DNA from: Candidatus Cloacimonadales bacterium
Lineage (GTDB): Bacteria; Cloacimonadota; Cloacimonadia; Cloacimonadales; DAONDQ01
Direction: 5' to 3'
DNA length: 64,000 bases
NCBI GenBank assembly: GCA_963662275.1
Contig: OY759316.1
Coordinates: 3,968,001-4,032,000, forward strand
This document shows positions 39,607 to 50,862 of this stretch, piece after piece. Each line of letters opens with the position of its first letter. Positions within the stretch are counted from its first letter, which is position 1. A program made the position numbers and the translations under genes. The notes under the pieces are model-generated. The model ran no database searches. It was not told the origin of the DNA and worked only from the letters and a program-made list of their open reading frames with translations.

Positions 39607-41784
39607 CTAAAATGAGTCTATCTTAACAAAGCTGCCAATGATCTTCTTCAGATTGCCATTAGCAAATGAAACTGTCAAGTGAGCATCATTTCCCCGTCCT
39701 TCAACGCTAAGAATGACACCTTTCCCATATTCATCATGAAATATCTTTTGACCAATCCTGAATAGCTTTTCACTTTCCAGAATAACAGGCTTCCGTTCTT
39801 TATCCGGTGAAGAAGGTTGTCTGATAGCATAAAATGATTGCATATCTCTTTCCAAAAGTTCTGCATCCACCTCTTTTAAAAACTGACTAGGTAATGTTCT
39901 ATTCATTGTATCATAAGTTCTACGCCATTTTGCCAGACTTAAATAGATCACTTTCTTTGCTCTGGTTATGGCAACATATAACAGACGTCTCTCCTCTTCG
40001 ATTTGTTCTTCACTATCCATAGACATTTGATGAGGCAGAAGTCCCTGCTCCAGTCCAACAATGAAGACATATCCAAACTCCAAGCCTTTCGCATTGTGCA
40101 TAGTCATTAATTTTACAGAGTCAACATCTTCGTTCATACGGTCAATATCACTCTGTAAAGATACTAACGATAAATAATCATGTAATATTGGTTCCCTATC
40201 ATGATCTGAAATGAATTTTTCCATAAATTCCTCAGCAGCAGCCACAAATTCAGAGAGATTTTCAGCTCTAGAATAATCTTTTGGATCTTTGCTATTCTCG
40301 AAAAGCGCAATCCAATCCAGTTCATCCAAGATGGCTTTAATCAAAATCGTCACATTCTCATGGGAAGCCATGATTTGCCATTTCTGTAATTGCTGATGAA
40401 AAGTATCTATCTTTTGCATCGTCCCTTTATTAAGAGAATTAATTCCGCGTACTTTTCCTAAGGTTTCAAATAATGTTATTCGGTGTCTTACTGAAAAGTC
40501 AATGAGCTTAGCTATTGTTGTATTTCCAATACCTCTACCTGGGTTATTGATGATACGCAACAGATTTTCAGTATCACTAGGATTGTTGAGAACACGTAAG
40601 TACCCCAAGATATCTTTGATCTCTTTGCGTTGGTAGAAGTTGACCCCACCGACGATTTGATAAGGTATCTTTTCTTGGATAAAAGTGCTTTCAAAAACAC
40701 GGGATTGCGCATTTGTGCGATAGAGAACTACGCAATCCGCTAACTTGGTTTGATTATTCCAAACTATTTCATGGATATGTTCTGCTACCGTTTGGGCTTC
40801 TTCATTTTCATTTTCAACGATATGTAACGAAGGTTTTTCCCCACTTCCTTGATGCGTCCATAATTCTTTCTGATGTCGAGTACGATTATATCTAATCAAA
40901 GAGTTAGCCAAATCAAGAATTGCAGTCGTGGAACGATAATTTTCTTCCAATCGTATGACGGTTACTTTCTGATAATTCTTTTCAAAATCAAGTATATTAT
41001 GAATATTAGCACCACGCCAGCTATAAATTGCCTGGTCATCATCTCCCACAACACACAAATTGCCATGACGTCCTGCAAAAAGATCAACGATCTTAAACTG
41101 AGCATAATTAGTATCCTGGTATTCATCTATCATGACATACTGGAAAAGCTTTTCATATTTTATCCGAACTTCCTCGTGAGTCTCCAATAACTTAACAGTA
41201 TAGAGCAATAGATCATCAAAATCAAGAGCCTGGTATTGCTGTAATGCTTGCTGATAGGCAGTATAGATTTGCAGAAAAAGTTTAGCGAAGGGACTACCCT
41301 GTTCTGTCTCTCGTATATCTTCCGGTAATAAAAGCTGATCTTTTCGTTTACCAATGATATCGAGCATCTTTCCCACGGGGAAAAGAGAATTATCGATATT
41401 CAATTGTTTATAGATTTTTTTGAGAAGACCTTTCTGATCATCTGTATCATAGATTGTGAAGTTTGATGGGAATGAAAGATACTTTGCTTCTTCCCTGAGA
41501 ATACGAACACAAATCGAATGAAATGTACCTACCCAGAGGTCATAAGGTCTGATATTGAAATTCTCCCAAAGTCTTTGTTTTAATTCCTGGGCTGCCTTAT
41601 TTGTAAATGTGACAATCAGAATATGAAACGGTGGTATTTTCTTTTCCCTGATGAGATATGCTGTTCGAAAAATGACGGATCGGGTTTTACCGCTGCCTGC
41701 TCCGGCAAGGACAAGAACGGGACCTTCTGTGGTCGTTACTACTTTCTGCTGCTGTTCATTCAAATCAATGAGAAGATCAACCAT
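39607..41784 (-). CDS. pcrA: ATP-dependent DNA helicase PcrA/UvrD
   Basis: AGAGSGKT, DEYQDTN, VGDDDQAIY.WRGA, NYRST, TMHNAKGLEF, YVAITRA. Start at ATG 41784. Confidence 0.96.
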   Translation of the reverse strand: MVDLLIDLNEQQQKVVTTTEGPVLVLAGAGSGKTRSVIFRTAYLIREKKIPPFHILIVTFTNKAAQELKQRLWENFNIRPYDLWVGTFHSICVRILREEAKYLSFPSNFTIYDTDDQKGLLKKIYKQLNIDNSLFPVGKMLDIIGKRKDQLLLPEDIRETEQGSPFAKLFLQIYTAYQQALQQYQALDFDDLLLYTVKLLETHEEVRIKYEKLFQYVMIDEYQDTNYAQFKIVDLFAGRHGNLCVVGDDDQAIYSWRGANIHNILDFEKNYQKVTVIRLEENYRSTTAILDLANSLIRYNRTRHQKELWTHQGSGEKPSLHIVENENEEAQTVAEHIHEIVWNNQTKLADCVVLYRTNAQSRVFESTFIQEKIPYQIVGGVNFYQRKEIKDILGYLRVLNNPSDTENLLRIINNPGRGIGNTTIAKLIDFSVRHRITLFETLGKVRGINSLNKGTMQKIDTFHQQLQKWQIMASHENVTILIKAILDELDWIALFENSKDPKDYSRAENLSEFVAAAEEFMEKFISDHDREPILHDYLSLVSLQSDIDRMNEDVDSVKLMTMHNAKGLEFGYVFIVGLEQGLLPHQMSMDSEEQIEEERRLLYVAITRAKKVIYLSLAKWRRTYDTMNRTLPSQFLKEVDAELLERDMQSFYAIRQPSSPDKERKPVILESEKLFRIGQKIFHDEYGKGVILSVEGRGNDAHLTVSFANGNLKKIIGSFVKIDSF

Positions 41785-41791
41785 TGATATC

Positions 41792-42235
41792 CTATTGCGG
41801 AACACTTGTTTGAGCGTAGGGTGAGATATGACCTTCCAGGATTTTAGGTGGATTTCCATGCTTTTTGTAAGCTGAAATTTTGTAGTAATAATAACCGGGA
41901 ACAATACTATTATCTGCCCAGATTACGGAGAGTGCCGCTAATGAGTCAGTTGAATTTGGAGTATTGATATAATCCTCTATTCTTTGAAATGTACCGTTAT
42001 ATGATTGTCCACGGTAAACATAATAGCCATCGGCATTCTCAATAGGCAGCTTATCCCATTTTAATTGAACCCAATAATTTGTCGCATGTGCAGGTGAATG
42101 AGAAATAAGAATATTGGTGATATCATTGGGTACCGTGATATCCTGAGCATTAGGATCTAATGGATTAGTTCTTTTTAAAGAACATCCTATGAGGAATATC
42201 ACCACTATCAGTGCTGCAAACAGAAATTTCTTCAT
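41792..42235 (-). CDS. lipoprotein with FN3-like domain
   Basis: Lipobox LIGC, RTNPLDP, L.W...GY.VYR...YYY.ISA. Confidence 0.7.
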   Translation of the reverse strand: MKKFLFAALIVVIFLIGCSLKRTNPLDPNAQDITVPNDITNILISHSPAHATNYWVQLKWDKLPIENADGYYVYRGQSYNGTFQRIEDYINTPNSTDSLAALSVIWADNSIVPGYYYYKISAYKKHGNPPKILEGHISPYAQTSVPQ

Positions 42236-42819
42236 TAGAATTTAACCTCAACACCGTTTGGTGTCAATGAAACACTACCATGAGAAGATTCTTTCACCGT
42301 CTTCATCCAAACTCGAGTGTTATAATCTTCCGTAGCCTGAGATGTATCAAAAATATTATAGACCCAAACTAGTCCAAACAGACCCATAAGGGCAATTGAA
42401 TATTGATATGGTGAAAGAGCATCGTTATAGTTATTTTCAATCGCATCAACTTGGGTTGCATTTTCATAATTCCTATACTTTTCCATAGCTTTATCATAAA
42501 GAAAAAGACTGCTGCCTAAAAGTAGTATTTCTGCCCCCAAAAAAACCTGTCCTTTTGTATAGTCGTGTACGGAAAAATGCCCCCATCCAGGAACAATTGC
42601 CGATTTAATCATATTCCCTGGAATCGATTGTGCCTTCATTTCATATAGTTGCAGCAACTTCTGTCTATCATATAGATCCTGTCTGAACTCTTTCCTTTCA
42701 TCATAGTTCATCCATCCATAACGAGCTGGGTTGGAAAATTTATTAATATCAAATGCTTCGGCAGCAAAAACCAGCTTGATTGCAAATACTAACAGGAGAA
42801 AAACATAGATTTTTTTCAC
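42235..42819 (-). CDS. hypothetical membrane protein (DUF5683-like)
   Basis: Signal peptide, SAIVPGWGH motif, two hydrophobic segments. Confidence 0.65.
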   Translation of the reverse strand: MKKIYVFLLLVFAIKLVFAAEAFDINKFSNPARYGWMNYDERKEFRQDLYDRQKLLQLYEMKAQSIPGNMIKSAIVPGWGHFSVHDYTKGQVFLGAEILLLGSSLFLYDKAMEKYRNYENATQVDAIENNYNDALSPYQYSIALMGLFGLVWVYNIFDTSQATEDYNTRVWMKTVKESSHGSVSLTPNGVEVKF

Positions 42820-42831
42820 TATACCTACCTA

Positions 42832-44253
42832 TTACATCAGGTTTTCCGACAATTTGTTCAAAGGAACGATGATTCTTTCCTTCAAGTTGACTTGGAAAAC
42901 ATAGAAGAAGCTCTGATCTAAAGTATATAAATCATACCTGGCTTCATACTTATATGAACCGGAAGAATGCAGGATTTTCCATCCCGAATCTTTGACATTA
43001 TCTGCTTTATTTGTTAATAAGAGTATTTTCTTTTTTGCTTGAATTGCACGAGTGAGCTTTCCACCTTGATATCCTGTGATAATTCGATAGGCAAAAGTTT
43101 CCGGATTCTTTTCTGCTTCGATGATATTGGAAACGAGAAATATACGTCGACTGTATTCATCAAGATGATCAAGCTCATAGGCTCGCTGATAATTGGACAA
43201 TGCCTCCCTGAATTTGCGGTTTGATTCTAATTGTTCACCTTCCTTGATTAAATCAACGGCATAATCTATGTTATGCCTGGTTGTTTTAGCATCCTGGATC
43301 AGTTTAATTGCTAAAGGATAATCTGGAATAATCTTGAAAGTTTCCTGAAAATATTTGATGGCTTCTTCAAAATTACGCTTTCTAACTTCACTATTGCCTT
43401 TATCGATGTAGATACCGGCAATGGTTCTTAACTTTTGATCAGCGATTTCCTTCTTGTCAGAATTGTATTGAACCGCAAGCATCAGATTTTTAACAGCATC
43501 CAAGTATTTCACAGTCTGAATATCAGAATCAGCTTGTGACATATAGATGTTTGATATTTCATTTTCAATTATCTGTTTGTCACCAACAGGATACTTCCTA
43601 ATTTCGAAAAGCGTTGTTAAAGCAGTGTCGTATTCATGCTTTTTCCCAATTTCAACTGCTTCTGCTACATATTGAGTAATAAAGGGACCAATCAGTGGGC
43701 GCGCTTCAATTTCCATTTGACTATCCGGGAATCTATTATAGAGAACCATATATACTTGCCAGGCTTTTTTACCGTCATGATATGTATCCAATGAAATTCT
43801 GATCTTCCTGAGAAGAATATCAGGAACAAGCTCAGAACTGGGTATTTCATTTACAATAAGATCATAATATAGCAATCCATTGGATATGTCCTGTGACTGG
43901 AAAGCATTCTCGGCAAGCTGGTAATAACACTTATCAAGCAGATGATCAGCTTCTTCTGAGTTGGCTAAAATTAATAAGCGAATTGCCAGTTTCCAGTTTT
44001 TCCTTTCTACTGAAAGCTTTCCTAAATTAAAATAAGCTTCAGAACGATCCAGTTCAGCTCGCGTGATAAAAGCTCCATTCTTCGCAGTTCTGATATATTC
44101 ATCAAGAGCTTCAATAGCTCCTGCATAATTATTGGTTAGATAAAGACTATGCGCACGATTATAACGACTCGTCTCGCATCCCGTGAGGGAAATGACGAGT
44201 AACAATAGGAAAAGTAGCTTTTTACAGTATGAGATCTTACGTTTCATCAGCAT
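42832..44253 (-). CDS. TPR-repeat lipoprotein
   Basis: Lipobox LTGC and repeated TPR-like helices. Confidence 0.75.
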   Translation of the reverse strand: MLMKRKISYCKKLLFLLLLVISLTGCETSRYNRAHSLYLTNNYAGAIEALDEYIRTAKNGAFITRAELDRSEAYFNLGKLSVERKNWKLAIRLLILANSEEADHLLDKCYYQLAENAFQSQDISNGLLYYDLIVNEIPSSELVPDILLRKIRISLDTYHDGKKAWQVYMVLYNRFPDSQMEIEARPLIGPFITQYVAEAVEIGKKHEYDTALTTLFEIRKYPVGDKQIIENEISNIYMSQADSDIQTVKYLDAVKNLMLAVQYNSDKKEIADQKLRTIAGIYIDKGNSEVRKRNFEEAIKYFQETFKIIPDYPLAIKLIQDAKTTRHNIDYAVDLIKEGEQLESNRKFREALSNYQRAYELDHLDEYSRRIFLVSNIIEAEKNPETFAYRIITGYQGGKLTRAIQAKKKILLLTNKADNVKDSGWKILHSSGSYKYEARYDLYTLDQSFFYVFQVNLKERIIVPLNKLSENLM

Positions 44254-44481
44254 GTTTTACCTTATTCTTAGGTTATCCTTGTAATTTTCATTCTTAATTA
44301 AACTCATCATGATCAGCTATTTTTTACTGAATCTCATAATAATATATTTCTTCTTATTTTAAATGCAATATGTCAATGTTTAAATACTCGATTTTTCCTT
44401 TTAACAGGCTAAGCCCCATCCAAAGTTGATTATGAACAGTCTAGCCCAACTAATTAAACCTAATTTTGCATAATTTCATAG

Positions 44482-45576
44482 CTAGGGTTTCTCAACTTTT
44501 TTCTGATTATCCGGAATGACAATAGGTACATTATCCAGCTTTCTCCCAAAAATCAGGAAAGCTGCTGCAAAAACAAAGGTAGCAATTACCAGGAGCGGTT
44601 TTGAACCGATGCGAAATACGATCATCGTTGTGATTACAATGATTAGATTGATAAAATAGATCATGATTGCTGTGATCTTTGTTGAACCCAGTACTGTTTT
44701 GATACGATGAGTCGAATGATCTTTTCCGCCCTGGGTAATACGTCTTCCATCTCGTTTGCGTGTATAGCTCACCAGGGAGATATCAAAAATAGCATAACTG
44801 AGTAATAAAACCGGTAACAAATAAAATAACCTGCTCTGGTGTTGATTCCTGGCATAAAGCGCCATGAGACTTCCCATGGAAGATAGAAAATAACCGATAA
44901 ACATGCTGCCTGCATCACCGAGAAATATCTTCGCTGGATTGAAATTATATGGTAAAAAACCTAGAACTGATCCGGAAAAACTCAAGGACATCAATCCAAT
45001 AAAACCCATTACTCCTGCGTTTACTGTCGTATTCATCTGGCTGAAGGCAAAAAATCCCAATGCTAATATCCCTGCCATTCCACTGATAATACCATCCATA
45101 TTATCCAGGAAATTTAAGGCATTCATCAAACCAACCATCCAGAGAATTAGGATGGGAACTGTGATAAATGCAGAGCCAAACATATTATTCAGATCAGCTA
45201 GCGTAAAATTACTGAAAATGAACATTAAACAGGCTGCTAATTGCCCTGTCAGCTTTACTTTCGGTGCCATACCGAATTTATCGTCAATTACTCCGACAAT
45301 AACTATCAGTAATGCACCACCTAGATACCCTAAAATGGCAGTATCGAAGGTTCTTTCAAAGGCAATCAGAACATCATAAATAGAAAGGAGAATGAAGCCA
45401 ATAAAGACACTCACTCCTCCTAATAAGGGAATGGCAGAAAGATGTATTTTTCTGGCTTCCGGTTTATCAACAAAATTTATATGTATAGCGAATTTGATGA
45501 TAAATGGTGTTAATGCATATACCAATAAAAATGACATGATAAAAACGCTAACATACTCATATATTTGATAAACCAT
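44482..45576 (-). CDS. wecA: undecaprenyl-phosphate GlcNAc-1-phosphate transferase (WecA/TagO, MraY family)
   Basis: RKIH...PLLGG, GVIDD, NFLDNMDG, NFNPAKIFLGDAG, DHSTHR. Confidence 0.88.
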   Translation of the reverse strand: MVYQIYEYVSVFIMSFLLVYALTPFIIKFAIHINFVDKPEARKIHLSAIPLLGGVSVFIGFILLSIYDVLIAFERTFDTAILGYLGGALLIVIVGVIDDKFGMAPKVKLTGQLAACLMFIFSNFTLADLNNMFGSAFITVPILILWMVGLMNALNFLDNMDGIISGMAGILALGFFAFSQMNTTVNAGVMGFIGLMSLSFSGSVLGFLPYNFNPAKIFLGDAGSMFIGYFLSSMGSLMALYARNQHQSRLFYLLPVLLLSYAIFDISLVSYTRKRDGRRITQGGKDHSTHRIKTVLGSTKITAIMIYFINLIIVITTMIVFRIGSKPLLVIATFVFAAAFLIFGRKLDNVPIVIPDNQKKVEKP

Positions 45577-45703
45577 TAATGAATTATCCTCTTTCCCTTC
45601 ATATCTAATTCTTATTGTTCAATATATCAGAAGATTGATTCTTGTCAAAAGATTTATCTAATCCCTAACTGAAACTGATACCTTTTGCAAGTGTCTGCTC
45701 TGC

Positions 45704-45792
45704 AAATCCTGCAAGGATGGCAGATAATAGCCCATAGCGTCAGCTATGGGTAACGAAACCCCAAAGACCGTTAGAACCCTGGAAGGGTGACA
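45704..45792. repeat. REP-like element (CCTGCAAGG / CCCATAGC..GCTATGGG / CCCTGGAAGGG hairpins)
   Basis: Three short hairpins in series within the intergenic region. Confidence 0.55.
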
Positions 45793-45990
45793 CATTATGC
45801 CGGAACGCTGTTTTCAAACGGCTATGCTCTGCAACTTCGCACTTCCAAAGAACGCACGGGGTGCGTTATGCCACCTCACGGGGTGAGGCGTTCCTGCTCT
45901 GCTTTTTCCCCATTTCTCCCTTTGGATAAAGGGAGATGGCACGAAGTGACAGAGAGTTTGATTGGCTCTGCAATTTTTAGTTATTAGTTT

Positions 45991-48699
45991 TTATCTTTTA
46001 GTTTGCTTCATCCCTTCCAGCGTCATACTATCCGAAATCACATCATGGCTAATCAGCATATACATCCAAGGTTTGCCACCATTCTTCTGATTATGCTCGG
46101 TAGCATTCTTGCACCATTCTTCAGCAGCTTCTTTTTTTGCCAAAACCTCAGGAGATTCCATCTGGTTACTTGCCTTGGGTTCCAGCATAAGAATGCAATT
46201 ATCAGTCTCAGCTACGAAATCAGGTATGTACTCTTGGGGATCAAGTCCTATTTTGTAGAATATCTGGAATTGACCTTTGGCAGGTCTGAACCACTTCAGT
46301 GATTCTCTATCAAGAATGACAGCAAGCTTACGTTCAGGGTCTGAATCAAACTTCTGAACTTCATATAAGCAATGCTTGAAATCTCCAAACAACATCTGTG
46401 ATATTCGATTCTTATCCTGTACTGCCTGTTGAAAATCAAGAACTGCTTCATCTTCTCGGACGGTATAAGCACTCTGTTTCAATTCCGTGAAGCCTTTTGT
46501 CACCGTGACTTCATAATCAGAAGCCTTTTCCCATTGCTGTTGCTGCATTTGTGAATGAATCAATTCCACGAGTTGCTTTTGGTAATACTGAATCACATTG
46601 CTGATATCGCTATCATCATTGAGATAACTGCCCAAATGCTCCACCATCTGTCCGGCTAAGTCGTAAAGCAGTTCTGACTGTTCATCATAGCAAATATCAT
46701 TAAAGTTCATCAATCCGCGAATAAGATAGTCTTCTAATCTGTTTTCCTGGTATCCGCTATTGATATAACCTATCACTTCCCGCTTTTGCGTACGTAAATG
46801 CTGCAAGAGTATATCTCTTTCCACAGGCTGATAATGCACAGAAGAGCAATCGAGGTCAAAAGGATGATAACCAACCTTCACTTCACCTTTTGGCATCACG
46901 ACAATACGCGGAATATCTATAATTTGTTCTACGTAAATCTTTGTAGCTTGTTTTACTATCCTATTAATATCTGCTATGGCCTCCAGACCGGGAATTTCCA
47001 ATTGGGAAGGCATCAGATACTCTTGCACTTGTTCTGCTATTTTCACCTGAACAGCATCATCCATCAATTTACGTGAATTGGGAAGTTTCTCGTTTTCGAT
47101 AATCACTTTATAGACGATCTTCGCAATTGCCTTTTCAGATTCTTTAGTGAACATCGTGTTATCTGCCGGAAGACCAAATACAGGTGACTGAAGCAGCCTG
47201 GCTACATTCGAAGGAGAAACAACAGTCTTTGTCTTTGCCAAGTTTGTCTTATCATCTAAGTAGATTTGAGTCAGGTGTACCGGTGAATCGGCACGATTCG
47301 CTTCATCAATGATCTCCTGGAACTTATCATGTGCCACTATGCTCAGCCTGTCTATTGCGCTAATCCCTGTGCGTTTGCCATAAGGAAGGCGTAATCCCCT
47401 GCCAATGGATTGCTCAATCAGGACACGTGCATTTGCAGCTCTCAAGGGCACAATTGTATAAAGATTGGTAACATCCCAGCCTTCTTTCAGCATATTGACA
47501 TGAATCACGATCTCTGTGGGTTCATCAGTTCTTTCCACAGCAAGCAGACGGGTAATCATTTCATCTTCTTCAGCACCGGATTTGCTGGAATCCACTTGAA
47601 TCACTTTATCTTTGTATTGCCCTTCAAAGAAATCATCAGATTGTATCTTCTTAATCAATTGCCCTGCATGTGTTGTATCCCTGGCAATAATCAGCATGAA
47701 TGGTTTTACTAATGGCTGACCTGTTTCATGATGATATGTGGCAAGTTCCACTTTGGTATTTTCATGAAGTCGAATCCCATCTTTAAGCTTGATTTCTTCA
47801 AGCTGGTCTTTCGAGAAATTATGTGCAATGAAGTCCTTCTGCGTTGCGACGGCAGGTTCTTTCACGAAACCATCTTCCATTGCTTTAGCTAAATTATTTT
47901 CATAAATGATATTCCTAAATGCTACCGGACCCTTGCCAGTCTCTACATAAGGTGTTGCTGTTAGTTCCAATCCGAGAATTGGCTTTAGCTCGTTAATAGC
48001 CCTAAAACCTGCAGTAGCTCTATAACGATGTGATTCATCCATGATAAGAACAAGATCACCAACATTGGATAAGTATTCGAAATAACTTTGCCCGATACAT
48101 TCTTTGAATCTTTTAATACGTGGAGATTTACCTCCTCGCACTTCTGAATTAATCTTGGAAATATTGAAAATATTGATATGAACAGCTCCCACATCCCTGA
48201 AGGCGACAGTTTGACCTACTAAGTCTGTTCCAATACCTTGTACGGAATAGTTATAATCATCACGCACACCAACCCCGTCTTCGTAATTGTCACCAGTGAT
48301 AATAATAGGCGGTTCCTGGGCAAACTCTGCAATGCCCGCGAACACATATTTAGGAGTATTGGGAGTAAAATCTGCAATCAGTTTGTTGTAGATAGTAAGG
48401 TTAGGAGCTAATACCATGAAATTGCTTTTACCGTGCACAAGATACATATAGCTGATGAATGCCCCCATCAGCCTGGTCTTGCCAACACCTGTTGCCAGGG
48501 CAAAACACATGGAAGGGAAGTCTCGTTCGAAATCAGTGACAGATGGAAATTCACTTTCGATTATTGCTAAATCTTGCTGCAGATCCGTATTCTTGCCAAG
48601 TTTGATGATTTCCGTAATGCGATCAAGAATTTCCAGCGATTGCCTCTGAGGAGGACGAAGGCTCATACGGTTTGAAATAGTATTTACCAAGCGATTCAT
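45991..48699 (-). CDS. type III restriction Res-like DEAD/DEAH helicase-nuclease
   Basis: ATGVGKT, DESH, LTATP, LKEGWD, EQSIGRGLR and C-terminal PDF...EPK (PD-(D/E)xK). Confidence 0.9.
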   Translation of the reverse strand: MNRLVNTISNRMSLRPPQRQSLEILDRITEIIKLGKNTDLQQDLAIIESEFPSVTDFERDFPSMCFALATGVGKTRLMGAFISYMYLVHGKSNFMVLAPNLTIYNKLIADFTPNTPKYVFAGIAEFAQEPPIIITGDNYEDGVGVRDDYNYSVQGIGTDLVGQTVAFRDVGAVHINIFNISKINSEVRGGKSPRIKRFKECIGQSYFEYLSNVGDLVLIMDESHRYRATAGFRAINELKPILGLELTATPYVETGKGPVAFRNIIYENNLAKAMEDGFVKEPAVATQKDFIAHNFSKDQLEEIKLKDGIRLHENTKVELATYHHETGQPLVKPFMLIIARDTTHAGQLIKKIQSDDFFEGQYKDKVIQVDSSKSGAEEDEMITRLLAVERTDEPTEIVIHVNMLKEGWDVTNLYTIVPLRAANARVLIEQSIGRGLRLPYGKRTGISAIDRLSIVAHDKFQEIIDEANRADSPVHLTQIYLDDKTNLAKTKTVVSPSNVARLLQSPVFGLPADNTMFTKESEKAIAKIVYKVIIENEKLPNSRKLMDDAVQVKIAEQVQEYLMPSQLEIPGLEAIADINRIVKQATKIYVEQIIDIPRIVVMPKGEVKVGYHPFDLDCSSVHYQPVERDILLQHLRTQKREVIGYINSGYQENRLEDYLIRGLMNFNDICYDEQSELLYDLAGQMVEHLGSYLNDDSDISNVIQYYQKQLVELIHSQMQQQQWEKASDYEVTVTKGFTELKQSAYTVREDEAVLDFQQAVQDKNRISQMLFGDFKHCLYEVQKFDSDPERKLAVILDRESLKWFRPAKGQFQIFYKIGLDPQEYIPDFVAETDNCILMLEPKASNQMESPEVLAKKEAAEEWCKNATEHNQKNGGKPWMYMLISHDVISDSMTLEGMKQTKR

Positions 48700-48789
48700 G
48701 TCTTCTCCTTATCAACCAAACGTGTAACTTACCTTTTAGCTTCATTTTGAACTATTCGATATTTTCGAATAGTTTCTTGATTTCAATTA

Positions 48790-49224
48790 TCAATCTTGGA
48801 TAGCATTCAATATCTTCAATTTTAGTTCTTCATTTTCTTCATTATTCTCAATGATTGCTGTTATAATCTCCCGTAAAAGGTCTTTCCCTATATGCCCTGC
48901 TGCTACATGATAACTGATATTTTCCATAGAGTTAATGAATGTTGCCACTATAAACACATATCCATTCAATAACAGAAACTGAGCACCTAAAGAGATGGCA
49001 ATTCTCTTATTACCGTCAGAGAAACAGTGAAACATACAGGCAGAAAAGACCAAATGCGTTAGTTTATCTTCGAATGTGGGATACCAAACATCGTTTTGAA
49101 TATTTTCCCAAACACTTTCTAACTGACCAGCATTAATAATGCCCAAATCTCCACCACCACTTACCTCAACTGTCAATCGATGCGTTTCTATAGCTTGCTC
49201 TATGGTGATATATGTAATAGACAT
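48790..49224 (-). CDS. Fic/Doc family toxin
   Basis: HCFSDGNKR motif. Start overlaps the stop of the upstream gene. Confidence 0.9.
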   Translation of the reverse strand: MSITYITIEQAIETHRLTVEVSGGGDLGIINAGQLESVWENIQNDVWYPTFEDKLTHLVFSACMFHCFSDGNKRIAISLGAQFLLLNGYVFIVATFINSMENISYHVAAGHIGKDLLREIITAIIENNEENEELKLKILNAIQD

Positions 49225-50246
49225 TATTGTCTGTCCTTGAGCCTTTTCATGACATCTTTGGCATCTTCCAATCGATCTTTCAGCTCCTTACTCTTCTCAC
49301 CTAAGAACCTCGCAAATTCTTCTGCCTGCAATGGAGTAATATATTCCTCAAGCTGTAAATGTAAAGCATCACGAAATGCTAAATCCCTGCTTGCCATTTT
49401 GATTCGTGCTTTCTCTACCAGCGGAATCCAGTGAGCTTGTGATTCAAATCTGCGAAAAAGCTCATCAGTTTCCCAAAGTGTTAGCTTTCTTTGAAGTCTA
49501 TCATATTCAGTGTTCAGCACATCAGCAAATCCACATTCATAAGCTGCAATCAAATCCAGAACTTCAGAATAGAAAGTATCACGTATCTTATCATGTTCAT
49601 GTAAACGTAAAATTGCCCTATATTCACTTGCCTTTTCTTTAAAGATACTAACATAAATTCGGTCGGTATAAAGTGGATATTTGAAATTGCCTAAATCCAC
49701 ATAATCACGTAAAGCATCAGTAAATTGTTTCCGATAGTTCTCTTCAACAAACCAGGAATGAAGAAAGTCCTCATCCCTTTGGTTAATGTATTTGGTTCCT
49801 CCACCCGTTCGAGAATTGATTGTGTCTATCACGATATCAAGGATTGCTTGCCTTAGTAATCGTGCCCTTTCACTTTCTACAATAACCATTGCAAGGTTGA
49901 GAAATGACCGGAAGTCAAATATTCCCAATTGAGTGGTATTGATGTTAATGATACCAATTTCGTTAACATCCATTGATTTTGCAATTAACTTAAATGCTGA
50001 TAAGCGTTTACCCCGTAAAACCTCGTAACCGTTTTGCTTAAGTTCATTTTCGTGATTCGCTATGTACGTATCTATTGTTCTCGGTGTAACTTCAAAGAAA
50101 TCGGCAACCTGCTCTTTGATGAATACTATCTTTTCCTCAAAGATAATTCCCTGGATATTAATCGCTTTCTGAATCTCTGATAATGCATACTGGTTATTTA
50201 GTATATTCTGCCGATCAATATTCGAATTTGTTAAATCCTTTGCCAT
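49224..50246 (-). CDS. putative DNA-binding protein paired with Doc
   Basis: N-terminal HTH-like segment (QVADFFEVTPRTIDTY), GGGTKYINQRD. Start at ATG 50246 after a G-rich RBS. Confidence 0.7.
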   Translation of the reverse strand: MAKDLTNSNIDRQNILNNQYALSEIQKAINIQGIIFEEKIVFIKEQVADFFEVTPRTIDTYIANHENELKQNGYEVLRGKRLSAFKLIAKSMDVNEIGIININTTQLGIFDFRSFLNLAMVIVESERARLLRQAILDIVIDTINSRTGGGTKYINQRDEDFLHSWFVEENYRKQFTDALRDYVDLGNFKYPLYTDRIYVSIFKEKASEYRAILRLHEHDKIRDTFYSEVLDLIAAYECGFADVLNTEYDRLQRKLTLWETDELFRRFESQAHWIPLVEKARIKMASRDLAFRDALHLQLEEYITPLQAEEFARFLGEKSKELKDRLEDAKDVMKRLKDRQ

Positions 50247-50580
50247 TTCATTACCCCCGGATGTGTTTGGTATTTTCCCATGCACTTACATATTAAGAAG
50301 ATTTTATCTAACAAATAAAAGAGTCAAGAGGAAATTTTCAACTAAACATCTGTTCTGAATTTCTCCCTTTGGTTAAAGGGAGATGTCATGGAATGACAGA
50401 GAGTTTGATGCTCTGCTCTTCTCTTTTCTCCTTCCTATTTGTAAAGAGAAGGTGGCACGAAGTGTCGGATGAGTTTGATCTATTCTGCTTTTCCATTGTC
50501 CATTTTCCATCTTCCATCTTCCATTCTGCAAGTTCTGCTCTGCTTTCGTACTTCGCACTTCGTACTTCGAACTTCAAGAT

Positions 50581-50652
50581 AGGTGGCTCTATTTTTGCGA
50601 AGACGTGGCTTTGTTGGAGCGTACGCTATAATCTCTTAGTCCGAAATATCCA
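50581..50652 (-). mobile_element. IS21-like terminal remnant
   Basis: aggtggctctatttttgcgaagacgtggct is the reverse complement of ~11236-11265 with one mismatch. Ends in aaatatcCA. Confidence 0.55.
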
Positions 50653-50862
50653 ACTCTGCTCGTGGCTGTATCTAATTGAAGTATTCATCAGTATGACGAA
50701 ACATTCATTTTTACGACATATCAGGAGTAGAAACTAAAGAAGATTGGTTTATGCTGAATTAACAGGAAACTGAAGAATTTAACAGGAACCTAGTGTTTAA
50801 ATTGAATTATGAAATTGAAAAAGTGACTTGACTTTAAGCAATATTAATTACAGAGTTCTCTA

